Numbered from the stretch's first letter, positions 1 through 10,060 are shown. The stretch is 64,000 bases of DNA from Burkholderiales bacterium (GCA_038904015.1 JBCKKZ010000002.1:8369-72368); one strand, 5' to 3'. Made by a program: numbers and translations. Notes: generated by a model from the sequence alone, not told the origin.

Positions 1-1
1 T

Positions 2-607
2 ATCTTCCGTCGCGGCGGCGGCGAGCAGATGTGCCAGGAGATTGGCGTCCCATTTCTGGGTGCCTTACCTCTCGATGCCGATGTCGTCACCTGCGGTGAT
101 GAGGGTCGTCCGATCGTGGCAGACCAGCCAACGTCGGTCAGCGCCAAGGTGTATGCCGCCATCGCCACGGCGCTCGTGGAGCAGCTCCACGCGGCGGTCA
201 CAGTGCTGAAGCCCTTTGTGTGGAAGTGGGACAGTAACGAGGGGGTGCCAGGCTGGATGGAAGGCGCGGCGCGGTCTGCTGGATCGCAGAAGACCCCGAT
301 CGGTTTCCTGCGTCGCGATCCGCGTACCTTATCCATCCTCTGGGAGGACGGTCATCGCGACGACTTTGACGTCCGTGACCTGCGCTTGGCCTGTCATTGC
401 GCCCTCTGCGTCGAGGAGATGAGCGGACGCAAGCTGCTCGATCCAAAGACCATACGCTCTGATGTGAGCCCGCGACAGATCGTGAGCATAGGCAACTACG
501 CGATCCAGTTCGATTGGAGCGATGGCCATAACAGCGGGATATATTCGTTTAACGACCTGCGTGCCTTAGGCGCGCGCGCTGCGGCGAAGAGCGTTGAAAA
601 TGTCTGA
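2..607 (+). CDS. Mrp/ApbC(NBP35) Fe-S carrier ATPase C-terminus fused to a DUF971 (GBBH-N-like) domain; 5' end outside window
   Basis: IFRRGGGEQMCQEIGVPFLGALPLDADVVTCGDEGRPIV is the Mrp C-terminus; then WEDGH...LRLACHCALC...IGNYAIQFDWSDGHNSGIYSF is DUF971. Confidence 0.85.
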   Translation: MFRRGGGEQMCQEIGVPFLGALPLDADVVTCGDEGRPIVADQPTSVSAKVYAAIATALVEQLHAAVTVLKPFVWKWDSNEGVPGWMEGAARSAGSQKTPIGFLRRDPRTLSILWEDGHRDDFDVRDLRLACHCALCVEEMSGRKLLDPKTIRSDVSPRQIVSIGNYAIQFDWSDGHNSGIYSFNDLRALGARAAAKSVENV

Positions 608-1226
608 TTTCATGCTTGCGGATCTGCCGGTCAGCATTCGCGCGGAGACTTCGCTCAACGACCCCGACACTTGCAAGTTCATCGTGAGCCGTACCTTGCA
701 TCCTGGCGGCCCCTTCTTTTTCGGCAACAAGGAACGGGCAGCCGGTTCGCCGCTCGCCGAGCGACTGTTCGCACTCCTTGGCGTGGCCAACGTGCTCATT
801 GCCGAGAGCGTGGTGACCATCTGCAAGGAGCCTATCGCCTCGTGGTCAGGACTGAAAGCAGCCATCGGGACGGCCATCCGGACGCAGCTGCTGACTGGCG
901 CGCCGGCGATCTTGGAGATGCATGCCTACACCAGCACGCAAGGAAGATCCGATGCAGAGCTTAATACGGCTGTTCAGGAACTCCTGGACAAGCAGGTCAA
1001 TCGTTCAATCGCTAACCACGGCGGGAAGATTTCGATTGTGGAGGTCCGGCAAGGGAAGCTTTTCATCACCATGAGCGGCGGCTGCCAGGGATGCGCGTCC
1101 TCTCAGGTGACGCTGAGGCAGGGATTCGAAGTCATGCTGAAAAGGGTCGCCCCGGAAATCGAGGAAATTGTGGATACGACGAACCACGCAGCGGGGAAGC
1201 AGCCGTACTACCCGCGCCATGAGTAG
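600..1226 (+). CDS. NifU/Nfu-type Fe-S carrier (Nfu N-terminal + NifU C-terminal domain)
   Basis: [18 protein letters not shown] (Nfu-N); [11 protein letters not shown]...[18 protein letters not shown] (CxxC). Confidence 0.85.
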   Translation: MSDFMLADLPVSIRAETSLNDPDTCKFIVSRTLHPGGPFFFGNKERAAGSPLAERLFALLGVANVLIAESVVTICKEPIASWSGLKAAIGTAIRTQLLTGAPAILEMHAYTSTQGRSDAELNTAVQELLDKQVNRSIANHGGKISIVEVRQGKLFITMSGGCQGCASSQVTLRQGFEVMLKRVAPEIEEIVDTTNHAAGKQPYYPRHE

Positions 1227-3006
1227 CCCTATGACAAATCGACTGTCCCAGGAAACCTCCCCAACCGTCGCGACGCTAGCCGATCTCGCAAAGTTGGCAA
1301 ACTACTCGCTCATGGATACTCTCAACTGCGATCCTGACGCGAAAGCAAACGGAGCCGACCACACGCCGCGACAAGTCTTCACGGGCCACTATGTCCCCGT
1401 CAATCCCACGCCTATCAAAGACCCCGAGTACGTCGCGCACAGCAAAAACTTTTTTCGCGAACTTGGCTTTGCCGACAACATGGCACAGTTGCCCGAGTTC
1501 GTCCGCATGTTCTCCGGCGACATCTCGCACGCTCCGGAGCCGATGCGCAAGGTCGGTTGGGCGTGTGGCTACGCACTTTCCATCTTCGGCACCGAATACT
1601 ACCAGCAGTGCCCGTTCCAAACCGGCAACGGATACGGCGACGGTCGTGCAGTTTCCGTGCTTGAAGCCGTTATCAACGGTCGACGCTGGGAAATGCAGCT
1701 GAAAGGTGGCGGCCGGACGCCATACTGCCGCGGCGCGGACGGTCGCGCCGTCCTGCGCTCGAGTGTCCGCGAGTTCCTGGCACAGGAGCACATGCACGCG
1801 CTCTTCGTTCCAACGTCACGGTCTCTGAGTTTGTACGTTTCAAAAACGGAGAAGGTCAAGCGGCCGTGGTACTCGGAGGGCTCGCGCTCGGAGGATCCCG
1901 ACATGCTTATATCGGAGGCAGTCGCCATCTCGACGCGCGTCGCACCGTCGTTCATTCGGATCGGCCAACTCGAGCTCTTCGGTCGCCGTGCCCGCAAGCA
2001 GGAACACCCGAAAGCAATGGAGGAACTCGAGAAGATTGTGTTGCACTCGATCGATCGTGAGTACGCTGACGTCATCGACAAGAAACTAACCACCGCCGAA
2101 AAAGTGGTGTTGCTCGCGCGCGAGTTCCGCAGCCGCCTTACGTCGCTGGTGGCGAACTGGATCCGCGTCGGCTACTGCCAGGGCAACTTCAACAGCGACA
2201 ACTGCGCGGCCGGTGGCTTCACACTCGACTACGGTCCATTCGGATTCTGCGATGTGTTCAACCCGCACTACCAGCCATGGACGGGTGGCGGACATCACTT
2301 CTCGTTCCTGAACCAACCAGTGGCAGCGGAACGCAACTTCCACATGTTTTGGACGGCATTGCGGCCGTTGCTGACGTCGCATCCGGACTATCTGCGACAG
2401 CTCGACGAGATTCGAAGTGGCTTTTCGAAAGTGATGCAAGCGCAAATGGAGAAGATGTGGGCTGCCAAACTTGGACTTGGCACTTTTCACGCGGCGTTGT
2501 TCAGTGAGCTCGAAACGCTCATGGTGCAAACTCCTGTCGATTACACCATCTTCTTCCGCGAGCTCTCGATGCTACCTGACGACATTGGCCCACTCAAAAA
2601 AAGCTTCTACAAAGACTCGAAGCACGCCATGGCTTCAATGCACCCGACGGTCGAGACAGACCCCGAAGGGATGGACAAGCGCTGGTCCGAGTGGCTCACA
2701 AAATGGAAATCGCTCATCGGCAGCGCCAGCACGACCGACGCGAATGCTGCTCCGCCCCGCTCCCGTGAGGAGCTCTCTAGGCAGATGAAACTCGTCAACC
2801 CAAAATACAGTTTACGAGAGTGGTTCCTTGTGCCTGCGTATCAGCAAGCGACCGCAGGGAACTACTCTCTAGTTCGAGAGCTGCAGGAAGTCATGACGCA
2901 GCCATACGCCGAGCAGTCGAAGGACGTGGAGGCGAAATACTATAGGCTGAAGCCATCTGAGTTCTGTGAGGTCGGTGGATTGTCGTATGTGAGCTGCTCG
3001 TCGTGA
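1219..3006 (+). CDS. selO: SelO/YdiU-family protein adenylyltransferase
   Basis: [53 protein letters not shown]-terminal SCSS; start could be 1231. Confidence 0.9.
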   Translation: MSSPMTNRLSQETSPTVATLADLAKLANYSLMDTLNCDPDAKANGADHTPRQVFTGHYVPVNPTPIKDPEYVAHSKNFFRELGFADNMAQLPEFVRMFSGDISHAPEPMRKVGWACGYALSIFGTEYYQQCPFQTGNGYGDGRAVSVLEAVINGRRWEMQLKGGGRTPYCRGADGRAVLRSSVREFLAQEHMHALFVPTSRSLSLYVSKTEKVKRPWYSEGSRSEDPDMLISEAVAISTRVAPSFIRIGQLELFGRRARKQEHPKAMEELEKIVLHSIDREYADVIDKKLTTAEKVVLLAREFRSRLTSLVANWIRVGYCQGNFNSDNCAAGGFTLDYGPFGFCDVFNPHYQPWTGGGHHFSFLNQPVAAERNFHMFWTALRPLLTSHPDYLRQLDEIRSGFSKVMQAQMEKMWAAKLGLGTFHAALFSELETLMVQTPVDYTIFFRELSMLPDDIGPLKKSFYKDSKHAMASMHPTVETDPEGMDKRWSEWLTKWKSLIGSASTTDANAAPPRSREELSRQMKLVNPKYSLREWFLVPAYQQATAGNYSLVRELQEVMTQPYAEQSKDVEAKYYRLKPSEFCEVGGLSYVSCSS

Positions 3007-4727
3007 GTTTTCAAAAACTGATCGGAGAGGTAGATGCCTCTGCCGAAGAGGTGGTCGTCGCCTACCACGAGCGGACAAAACACCACTTCCACCGCTACGC
3101 CGCCTCGCTTGGCTACATGGACTGGGCGACGCAGCCCGATCCGTTTCGGCGCTACGCGGGAGCGGATCTGGTTCGCCTCCCTCTGCCTAAAGCGGGTCGT
3201 CCGCTGCCCTATTGGCAGCTCTATGCGAGCGCGATCGTGCCGCCGATGCCACTGTCGTTGGCGTCGGTCTCGCTCTTTTTCCGGTATGCACTGTCGCTGA
3301 CGGCGTGGAAGCAATCTGGTGATACCACGTGGCCGTTGCGCGCCAATCCGTCGAGCGGGAATCTTCATCCGACCGAGGGCTATGCCGTACTGCCTGCGGT
3401 CGACCAGATCGGCGCTACGGCCGCCGTGTACCACTATGCGCCGAGGGAGCACGCTCTTGAACGGCGAGCGGTGCTCAATGCTGCGCGGTGGGCCGAGCTG
3501 ACTGGGTCTTTCGCTGAGGGGTCTTTCCCTGAGGGCTCCTTCTTTGTGGGTCTGTCGTCGGTTCATTGGCGAGAAGCCTGGAAGTACGGTGAGCGCGCGT
3601 TCCGTTACTGCCAGCACGACGTTGGACACGCGCTTGCCAGCCTGCGTATCGCGGCAGCGGCGCTCGGCTGGAGATTGGTGCTCCTCGACAGCGTTAGCGA
3701 TGGCACCCTCTCCAGTCTCCTTGGGCTTGACCGCGATGAGGATTTCGCGGCGGCGGAGCGCGAGGAAGCTGAGCTGCTCGTGTTGATTTCACCGGATTTA
3801 CCAGCACCGCTTCTGACGGAATCTAAGCCGCTGACGGCGCATGGCGGTGGCGTTCTTTGGCAGGGCAGGGCCAACACGCTGAGCCCCGAACACAGCGTCG
3901 AGTGGCCCGTGATCGACGCCGTTGCGCAGGCGACGCGACGCTGCGAAAGCTCGCCTATCACTGCAATCCTCGGTAAGGAGGACTTCTCCGGCTTTCCCTC
4001 GGAGGATGAGCTTTTCGGGACACCCATCCGTCAGGGCCTGCTCACCGCGGAGATGGCCATTCTTGGCCGCCGCAGCGCAGTAGCGCTGGATGGTTCGACG
4101 GCGATCTCGCGAGCAGCATTCTTGCGCATGCTCGCCCGACTGATTCCAACACAAGAGCGGCAAGCTATGCCCTGGGACGCGATCCCCTGGCGACCGCGCA
4201 TCCACATCGGGCTTTTCGTTCACCGTGTCGACGGCTTGGCACCTGGCATCTACGCGCTTGCCCGAGATCCGGACAAGGTCGATATCCTCAAGAGAGTGAT
4301 GCATTCAGAATTTTGTTGGCAGCGCGTGTCCGACTGCCCGCCAGGGCTCCCCTTGTACCTCCTCCAGGAGGGGGACTGTCGAGCGCTGGCGACCACCGTC
4401 TCCTGTGGCCAGGACATCGCCGGCGATGGCGCCTTCAGCCTGGCCATGATCGCCGACTACATGGACAGCCTGGCCACATATGGCAGCGGGTTCTACCGGA
4501 ACCTGTTCTGGGAGGCCGGCATGGTGGGCCAGCTGCTTTATCTTGAAGCCGAAGAGGAGGGCATCCGCGCCACCGGGATCGGCTGCTACTTCGACGATCC
4601 AGTCCATGCGGCCTTCGGGATCGAAGCACGCGAGTGGCAAAGTTTCTACCACTTCACTGTGGGCGGCCCGGTTGAAGACGGTCGGCTTACGACCTTGCCT
4701 GCGTACAATTTCGAGGAAGAACAATGA
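3003..4727 (+). CDS. SagB/ThcOx-family two-domain nitroreductase-like dehydrogenase
   Basis: [53 protein letters not shown]; GTGA overlap with selO stop. Confidence 0.85.
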   Translation: MSFQKLIGEVDASAEEVVVAYHERTKHHFHRYAASLGYMDWATQPDPFRRYAGADLVRLPLPKAGRPLPYWQLYASAIVPPMPLSLASVSLFFRYALSLTAWKQSGDTTWPLRANPSSGNLHPTEGYAVLPAVDQIGATAAVYHYAPREHALERRAVLNAARWAELTGSFAEGSFPEGSFFVGLSSVHWREAWKYGERAFRYCQHDVGHALASLRIAAAALGWRLVLLDSVSDGTLSSLLGLDRDEDFAAAEREEAELLVLISPDLPAPLLTESKPLTAHGGGVLWQGRANTLSPEHSVEWPVIDAVAQATRRCESSPITAILGKEDFSGFPSEDELFGTPIRQGLLTAEMAILGRRSAVALDGSTAISRAAFLRMLARLIPTQERQAMPWDAIPWRPRIHIGLFVHRVDGLAPGIYALARDPDKVDILKRVMHSEFCWQRVSDCPPGLPLYLLQEGDCRALATTVSCGQDIAGDGAFSLAMIADYMDSLATYGSGFYRNLFWEAGMVGQLLYLEAEEEGIRATGIGCYFDDPVHAAFGIEAREWQSFYHFTVGGPVEDGRLTTLPAYNFEEEQ

Positions 4728-4967
4728 GCATCCCGACCACTGTCCCTGCAATTCGGACAGAACCCCGGCAGACCAGAAAGGAGCGGCCACCGGAGGAAGA
4801 AAGTTGAGATGTCTTATATCGGCGGCTGACACTTTCATCCGCACCAAACCTGAATTCGCCGACGCCGCCCGATCCGTTTCGGTGGTACGCAGGAGTGGAT
4901 CTCTCATGACACCAGGTCGTACCGAACACGCAATGTGGCTGGGTAGGTATATGAATGAAGGGCTGGA

Positions 4968-5288
4968 ATGAGTGAGTGGGTGACGGTAGCGCGGGTCGAC
5001 GAACTCGCGCCGGGCGAGTGGCGGGTCGCGGATGTGGACGGCGCGCAGGTCGCGGTATTCAACCTCGACGGCCAACATTACGCCATCGAGGACGTCTGCA
5101 CCCATGATGCTGGACAGCTCACCGGCGGCAGCGTCGAAGGCGACCAGATCGTTTGCCCGCGCCACGGCGCACGCTTCTGCATCAAGACCGGCGCCGCGCT
5201 GACCGCACCCGCTTATGAAGCGACCGCCAAATTCCCCGTGCGCATTGAAAACGGCGTGATCCAAGTACGCGACGACCGCTGGGATTGA
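4968..5288 (+). CDS. Rieske [2Fe-2S] ferredoxin
   Basis: CTH...CPRHGARF Rieske motif, 106 aa. Confidence 0.9.
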   Translation: MSEWVTVARVDELAPGEWRVADVDGAQVAVFNLDGQHYAIEDVCTHDAGQLTGGSVEGDQIVCPRHGARFCIKTGAALTAPAYEATAKFPVRIENGVIQVRDDRWD

Positions 5289-5324
5289 TTCACGTATTGA
5301 ATCCGCCGAAGCAAAGGAACTCTC

Positions 5325-5735
5325 ATGGCAGACTTGGACAAAAACACGCCTTCCCCGACTGAAATCAAGCTGCATCAAAAATCGCGCGTGCTGGTAATTA
5401 CTTTCGCCGACGGCAAGCGCTTCAAGTTGCCCTATGAGTTCCTGCGCGTTTATTCACCCTCAGCGGCAGTGACCGGTCACGGGCCGGGACAGGAGGTGCT
5501 GCAAATCGGCAAGCAGAATATCGAGATCACGCAACTCGAGCCGGTTGGCACGTATGCGGTGCAACCGGTGTTTTCCGACGGCCACAATACCGGTATCTAT
5601 TCCTGGGATTATTTCTACACCCTGGGCATGAACCAGGACGAAATGTGGCAACGCTACTTGCGGCGAATGGAAGAGGCGGGCGCAAGCCGGGAACCCGTGC
5701 TGGGTGCCGTCCCGCAACGCCCCAAATCAAAGTAG
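5325..5735 (+). CDS. DUF971 (GBBH-N-like) protein, copy 1
   Basis: LPYEFLRVYSPSAAVTGHGPGQEVLQ...FSDGHNTGIYSW; RBS aaagga. Confidence 0.9.
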   Translation: MADLDKNTPSPTEIKLHQKSRVLVITFADGKRFKLPYEFLRVYSPSAAVTGHGPGQEVLQIGKQNIEITQLEPVGTYAVQPVFSDGHNTGIYSWDYFYTLGMNQDEMWQRYLRRMEEAGASREPVLGAVPQRPKSK

Positions 5736-5741
5736 CCGCGC

Positions 5742-7205
5742 ATGGATAACCGCGATGATTCCTGCCTGCTAAACAGCGCCGGCGAAGAATATTGGGCAGA
5801 CCCCGCTACGCCGCTCAAGGTCGTACTGATCAATCCCTACGAGCTGGGCCGGCAGCCGTTCGGCCTGGCCGAGCCGTCCGCATGGTTGAAGCAGGCCGGA
5901 TTCAGCGTGCAGTGCATCGACCTCTCTTTGCAAAAACTCGATCCGGCATTGCTTGCCGGCGCGAAGCTGGTGGCGCTGTATGTCGGCATGCACACCGCCA
6001 CCCGCATCGCGGTCGAAGCCATTCCGCGCATCCGTGAAATGGCGCCGCACGCGCATCTGTGCGTGTACGGCCTGTATGCGCCGATGAACCAAAAGCTGCT
6101 GCGCGGCCTCGGCGTGAAAACCATTCTGGGCGGCGAGTTTGAACCGGGACTGCTGAGCCTGGCGCAGCGGCTGCGCGCTGGGGAAACGTGCGATGTGCAA
6201 ATCGAGCCCGTGGTGAATTTAGCCAAAATAGACTTCATCACGCCTGATCGCTCCGGCTTGCCGCACCTGCAACGCTACGCTCATTTGATATTGCCGGACG
6301 GCGCTAAAAAAATACTTGGCTTCATTGACGCAAGCCGAGGCTGCAAGCACCTGTGCCGCCACTGCCCGGTGGTGCCGGTCTATGAGGGCAAGTTTCGCGT
6401 GGTGCCGGTCGATGTGGTGCTGACTGACATCGTGCAGCAGGTACAAGCGGGTGCTGAGCATATTTCCTTCGGCGACCCGGATTTTTTCAACGGCCCGACC
6501 CATGCCATGAAAGTGCTTGCGGCGATGCACGCCAAATTTCCCGACCTGAGCTTTGATGCCACCATCAAGATTCAGCACCTCATCAACCACGCCGAACTGC
6601 TGCCCCGGCTGAAGGCGGCGGGTTGTGTATTCATCCAATCGGCGGTTGAGTCGGTGGATGATAAGGTGCTGGAGTATTTCGCCAAAAACCACACACGCAC
6701 CGATTTTGAACGCGCTTTACAACTGTGCCGTGAAGCTGGCATATCCCTGGCCCCAACGTTTGTGGCATTCACGCCCTGGACCACATTGGCGGGCTACCTC
6801 GACCTGCTGCGCACGCTGGTGCGTTTGCGTCTGGTGGAGGCGGTGCCACCGATTCAGCTTTGCATACGCCTACTGGTGCCGGAAGGCTCCTATTTGCTTC
6901 AATTGCCCGGTTTCCGGGAATTGATTGAGGCGTTCGATGCGAAATTGCTCGGCTATCCGTGGCGGCACGCCGATCCTCGCGTGGACGCTTTGCAGCAGGC
7001 GGTGCAAGCCTGTGCCGCGCACGGCGATCAAGAGGGATTGGCGCGCAGCGACATATTCGAGCAAATTTGGCGGCTCGCGCACGCCGCGCTCGGCATCGAA
7101 GTGTTGCCACTCACCCGGGCGGATTTTGGACAACCCATCGCACGCCTGTCCGAGCCCTGGTACTGCTGCTCCGAGCCCACCGAGCAACAACTGCAGAGCT
7201 TTTGA
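5742..7205 (+). CDS. CUAEP/CCAEP-tail radical SAM protein with B12-binding-like N-terminal domain
   Basis: SRGCKHLCRHC (CxxxCxxC), INPYELGRQPFGLA N-terminus, C-terminal WYCCSEP. Confidence 0.85.
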   Translation: MDNRDDSCLLNSAGEEYWADPATPLKVVLINPYELGRQPFGLAEPSAWLKQAGFSVQCIDLSLQKLDPALLAGAKLVALYVGMHTATRIAVEAIPRIREMAPHAHLCVYGLYAPMNQKLLRGLGVKTILGGEFEPGLLSLAQRLRAGETCDVQIEPVVNLAKIDFITPDRSGLPHLQRYAHLILPDGAKKILGFIDASRGCKHLCRHCPVVPVYEGKFRVVPVDVVLTDIVQQVQAGAEHISFGDPDFFNGPTHAMKVLAAMHAKFPDLSFDATIKIQHLINHAELLPRLKAAGCVFIQSAVESVDDKVLEYFAKNHTRTDFERALQLCREAGISLAPTFVAFTPWTTLAGYLDLLRTLVRLRLVEAVPPIQLCIRLLVPEGSYLLQLPGFRELIEAFDAKLLGYPWRHADPRVDALQQAVQACAAHGDQEGLARSDIFEQIWRLAHAALGIEVLPLTRADFGQPIARLSEPWYCCSEPTEQQLQSF

Positions 7206-7215
7206 GCGGCCGGCC

Positions 7216-7510
7216 ATGAAGCGCGTTCTGCTGCTGTTGCCGACCACCAGTTATCGTAACGACGATTTCCTCGCCGCCGCAAAAAAAAATTGAATGTGGA
7301 TAATATCAGCGTCGCGAATTATTTCCATCAACTGGCGCCGCTATGGGGCATGAGTCCGATTCAGTCGGTGCCGTTCGATCAGCCTGAAGTCGCGCTGCAA
7401 CAGGTGCTCGCCGCGCTGGGACGCAAGCCCGACGTGGTGCTCGCGGTGGACGACAGCGGCCTGGAACTGGCGGCGCTGTTGCGCGAACGCTTGCACCTGC
7501 CGGGCTCACG
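7216..7510 (+). pseudogene. ATP-grasp protein, frameshifted and truncated
   Basis: MKRVLLLLPTTSYRNDDFLAAAKK then a frame change at the A9 run 7281-7289; the other frame continues HQLAPLWG...KPDVVLAVDDSGLELAALL, collinear with the intact paralog at 31041-32336; similarity ends near 7510. Confidence 0.8.
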
Positions 7511-7649
7511 CCGTCACGCCTGCCGCAAGCAAGGCAGGACGAGATCACGCAAACAGCGCACCGCGCCTGTGAACTGGCAGGGCTCACCAGCGGCCCGGTG
7601 CATGCCGGATATTCCCGTCAATCAGGCGAAATCCCCGACGTAAACCCGG

Positions 7650-7880
7650 CTACTCCGCCGGAGCGCGCAGGTCGGGATAATTCTCTTTCACTTCGTGACG
7701 GTTGCCTTCCGCTTCGTACCAGTAGAACTTATCGGGCTCTTCGGTCTTTGCGGTGGTTTTGTGAGTGCTGTCACAAAACGGCTGGTTCTTCGACAACCCA
7801 CAGCCGCATATATACTTGGTTTCCGTGCCCACTGTCACCGGATACGGGCCTGTCCGGGTTCTTTTGACGATCCTTGCCAT
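7650..7880 (-). CDS. CDGSH iron-sulfur domain protein
   Basis: ICGCGLSKNQPFCDSTH matches the CDGSH motif. Confidence 0.85.
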   Translation of the reverse strand: MARIVKRTRTGPYPVTVGTETKYICGCGLSKNQPFCDSTHKTTAKTEEPDKFYWYEAEGNRHEVKENYPDLRAPAE

Positions 7881-8029
7881 GAGCTATCCTTGAAAGTTGT
7901 GTATTAGGTGAATTGAGAAGAGCGCCGATGAGCGCGAATTGCAGCGCGACCACAAAATTGAAACGACTTTGTTCGCTGGGCTCATCATTCAAGTATAGAC
8001 AGAATTCGGCCACTGGTACGAGCGCTCGT

Positions 8030-8773
8030 TTACCAATAAGTCTCAACGGAAATTTGCCCCGGGTCCTTGCGCTTATTGAGCTTAAGGCCGCGACCCTCCA
8101 ACACGGAGCGCGTATCTTTCACCATGTCGGGATTGCCGACAATCATCACGTGCGAATGTTCGGACGAGATTGCGATGCCGGCGCGCGCTTCTAGCCGTCC
8201 GTCCTGGATCGCCGCGGGAACGCGGCCTTTGATGGCGAATGCCGTGTCCTCGCGGCTGATGAAAGGAATAAATTGAAATTGATCGGGATGGCGCTGCTTC
8301 AAAAGCTCTATGGTCTCTTGATAGGTCAGTTCATGGCCGTGGCGCACGGCGTGCACAAGAAAAATTTTCTTGAAACGCTGCCACGGTTCCTCGGTCTTGC
8401 AGATGGAAAGAAACGGCCCCAGCGCGGTCCCCGTTGAAAGTAACCATAGGTGCTCGTTTTGCGGCACGTCGGCGAGCGTGAAAAAGCCGGCTCCCTTGGG
8501 CGCGAGCAGCACCTTGTCACCTGGATTGAGATCATGCAGGCGCGGAGAAAGCGGGCCTTCCGGCACGATGATGGAATAGAATTCGTAGGGTCGCTCGCCC
8601 GGCGCATTCACGAAGGAATAAGACCGCCCCACTATGTCGCCATTGATTTGGAGCGCAAGCCGCCCGAATTGCCCGGCGCGGAACGGTTCGAGATTCGCAT
8701 CGATTTGCAGCGAATAAAGTTCTTTGGTCCAAAGCTTTTTGTTGACGATTTTGCCTTCTATCCATTTACTCAT
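8030..8773 (-). CDS. fpr: Ferredoxin/flavodoxin-NADP+ reductase
   Basis: MSKWIEGKIV, FRAGQF, RSYSFVNAP, LSTGTALGPFLS, C-terminal ETYW; the true start is 8773, not the 9139 ORF start. Confidence 0.9.
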   Translation of the reverse strand: MSKWIEGKIVNKKLWTKELYSLQIDANLEPFRAGQFGRLALQINGDIVGRSYSFVNAPGERPYEFYSIIVPEGPLSPRLHDLNPGDKVLLAPKGAGFFTLADVPQNEHLWLLSTGTALGPFLSICKTEEPWQRFKKIFLVHAVRHGHELTYQETIELLKQRHPDQFQFIPFISREDTAFAIKGRVPAAIQDGRLEARAGIAISSEHSHVMIVGNPDMVKDTRSVLEGRGLKLNKRKDPGQISVETYW

Positions 8774-8850
8774 TGTGTGGTAACCGCGGCAATCGCGGCG
8801 ATCAGCAGGATCGCGGCAAAAAAGTAAAAGATGGCGGTTTCGAAGAACAT
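8770..8850 (-). pseudogene. nuoJ: nuoJ 5' stub (26 aa)
   Basis: MFFETAIFYFFAAILLIAAIAAVTTQ* immediately after nuoI; stop overlaps fpr ATG (ATGA). Confidence 0.75.
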
Positions 8851-8853
8851 CGT

Positions 8854-9342
8854 CTAGCGGTAGGCCGCGTCGGCGGCGCGGTCCTTCGCGATCTGCTCCT
8901 CGTAGCGGTCGCCCACCGCCATCAGCATCGGTTTGGTGTAGATCAGGTCGCCGCGCTCTTCGCCGTGGTACTCGATCACGCGCGTCAAGACGACGGCGTC
9001 CACCGGGCAGGCCTCCTCGCAGAAGCCGCAGAAGATGCACTTGGTGAGGTCGATGTCGTAGCGCGTGGTGCGGCGTGTGCCGTCGGCGCGCGCCTCGGAT
9101 TCGATGTGGATGGCGAGCGCCGGGCACACCGCCTCGCACAGCTTGCAGGCGATGCAGCGCTCTTCGCCGTTGGGGTAGCGGCGCAGCGCGAGCAGCCCGC
9201 GAAAGCGCGGGCTCATCGGCGTCTTCTCCTCCGGGAACTGCACCGTGATCTTGCGCGCGAACAGGTGCCGGCCGGTCAGCATCATGCCGCGCAGCAGATC
9301 CAGCAGCAGGAAGGAACGGAAGAACTCAAGCGTGCGTTGCAT
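8854..9342 (-). CDS. nuoI: NADH-quinone oxidoreductase subunit I (2x[4Fe-4S])
   Basis: [21 protein letters not shown]...[13 protein letters not shown]. Confidence 0.95.
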   Translation of the reverse strand: MQRTLEFFRSFLLLDLLRGMMLTGRHLFARKITVQFPEEKTPMSPRFRGLLALRRYPNGEERCIACKLCEAVCPALAIHIESEARADGTRRTTRYDIDLTKCIFCGFCEEACPVDAVVLTRVIEYHGEERGDLIYTKPMLMAVGDRYEEQIAKDRAADAAYR

Positions 9343-9356
9343 GGCCGGGCCTCATT

Positions 9357-9415
9357 TTGCGTCCGCCGAAGGAATTCCGGAGCGCGTCGTGCAGGCGCTG
9401 CAGCTTGGGCGTCAT
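9357..9415 (-). pseudogene. nuoC: nuoC 5' stub
   Basis: MTPKLQRLHDALRNSFGGR directly after nuoB resembles betaproteobacterial NuoC N-termini; then jumps to the nuoI leader. Confidence 0.55.
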
Positions 9416-9443
9416 GTCGTATTAGCGATCGTCAGAGCGAGCG

Positions 9444-9920
9444 TCAGCGAGCGATCGTATTGGTGCGTTTGATCTTGTTCTGCAGCTGGATAATGCCGTA
9501 GAGCAAAGCCTCGGCCGTGGGCGGGCAGCCCGGCACGTAGACGTCCACCGGCACGATGCGGTCGCAGCCGCGCACCACCGAATAGGAGTAGTGGTAGTAG
9601 CCGCCGCCGTTGGCGCAGGAGCCCATCGAGATCACCCAGCGCGGCTCGGCCATCTGGTCGTAGACCTTGCGCAGCGCCGGCGCCATCTTGTTGCACAGCG
9701 TGCCGGCGACGATCATCACGTCGGACTGGCGCGGGCTCGGCCGGAATACGATGCCGAAGCGGTCGAGGTCGTAGCGCGCGGCGCCGGCGTGCATCATCTC
9801 CACCGCGCAGCAGGCGAGGCCGAAGGTCATCGGCCAGAGCGACCCGGTGCGGGCCCAGTTGATCAGCTTGTCGGCAGTGGTGGTGGCGAAGCCTTCGTGG
9901 AGTACGCCTTCTATTCCCAT
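9444..9920 (-). CDS. nuoB: NADH-quinone oxidoreductase subunit B (cluster N2)
   Basis: MGIEGVL...[12 protein letters not shown]...[12 protein letters not shown]...VPGCPP. Confidence 0.95.
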   Translation of the reverse strand: MGIEGVLHEGFATTTADKLINWARTGSLWPMTFGLACCAVEMMHAGAARYDLDRFGIVFRPSPRQSDVMIVAGTLCNKMAPALRKVYDQMAEPRWVISMGSCANGGGYYHYSYSVVRGCDRIVPVDVYVPGCPPTAEALLYGIIQLQNKIKRTNTIAR

Positions 9921-10060
9921 TCCAGGGCTCCTTTCATCCATTCGTAGACGAAACCCACGACAAGGAGCGCGAGGAAAACCATCATCATGACGCGGTCCTG
10001 ACGAGGTCGAGCAGACTCGCCGTCTGCGATAGTGATCGCTGCAGTTGGATGGGACGACAT
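9911..10060 (-). pseudogene. 49-aa chimeric ORF: DUF6522-like start fused in frame to the nuoA 3' end
   Basis: [49 protein letters not shown]; strong RBS GGAAGGAG; overlaps nuoB start. Confidence 0.75.

Noticed and set aside
2990-3010. Possible selenocysteine readthrough at the selO TGA
   Set aside because: The protein already ends in the Cys form SCSS, and the TGA overlaps the next gene's GTG start, so it reads as a normal stop
4724-4971. Possible gene or remnant between the nitroreductase and the Rieske gene
   Set aside because: No recognisable motif in any frame; probably a junction scar, but I cannot assign it
7160-7180. Sec in the radical SAM tail (CUAEP)
   Set aside because: Both copies encode TGC-TGC (Cys-Cys); there is no in-frame TGA
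3003-7205. Classical azole/RiPP cluster suggested by SagB + radical SAM + ATP-grasp
   Set aside because: No YcaO, E1-like or RRE protein and no convincing precursor peptide; the short ORF at 4724-4807 lacks supporting features
8774-9139. N-terminal extension of the 369-aa ORF 8030-9139
   Set aside because: It is an alternative frame over nuoI and the nuoJ stub; Fpr similarity starts at 8773
8854-9920. Hydrogenase/Ech or formate-hydrogenlyase small subunits
   Set aside because: The sequences are typical complex I NuoB/NuoI with nuoA/C/J stubs; no large or membrane subunits are present
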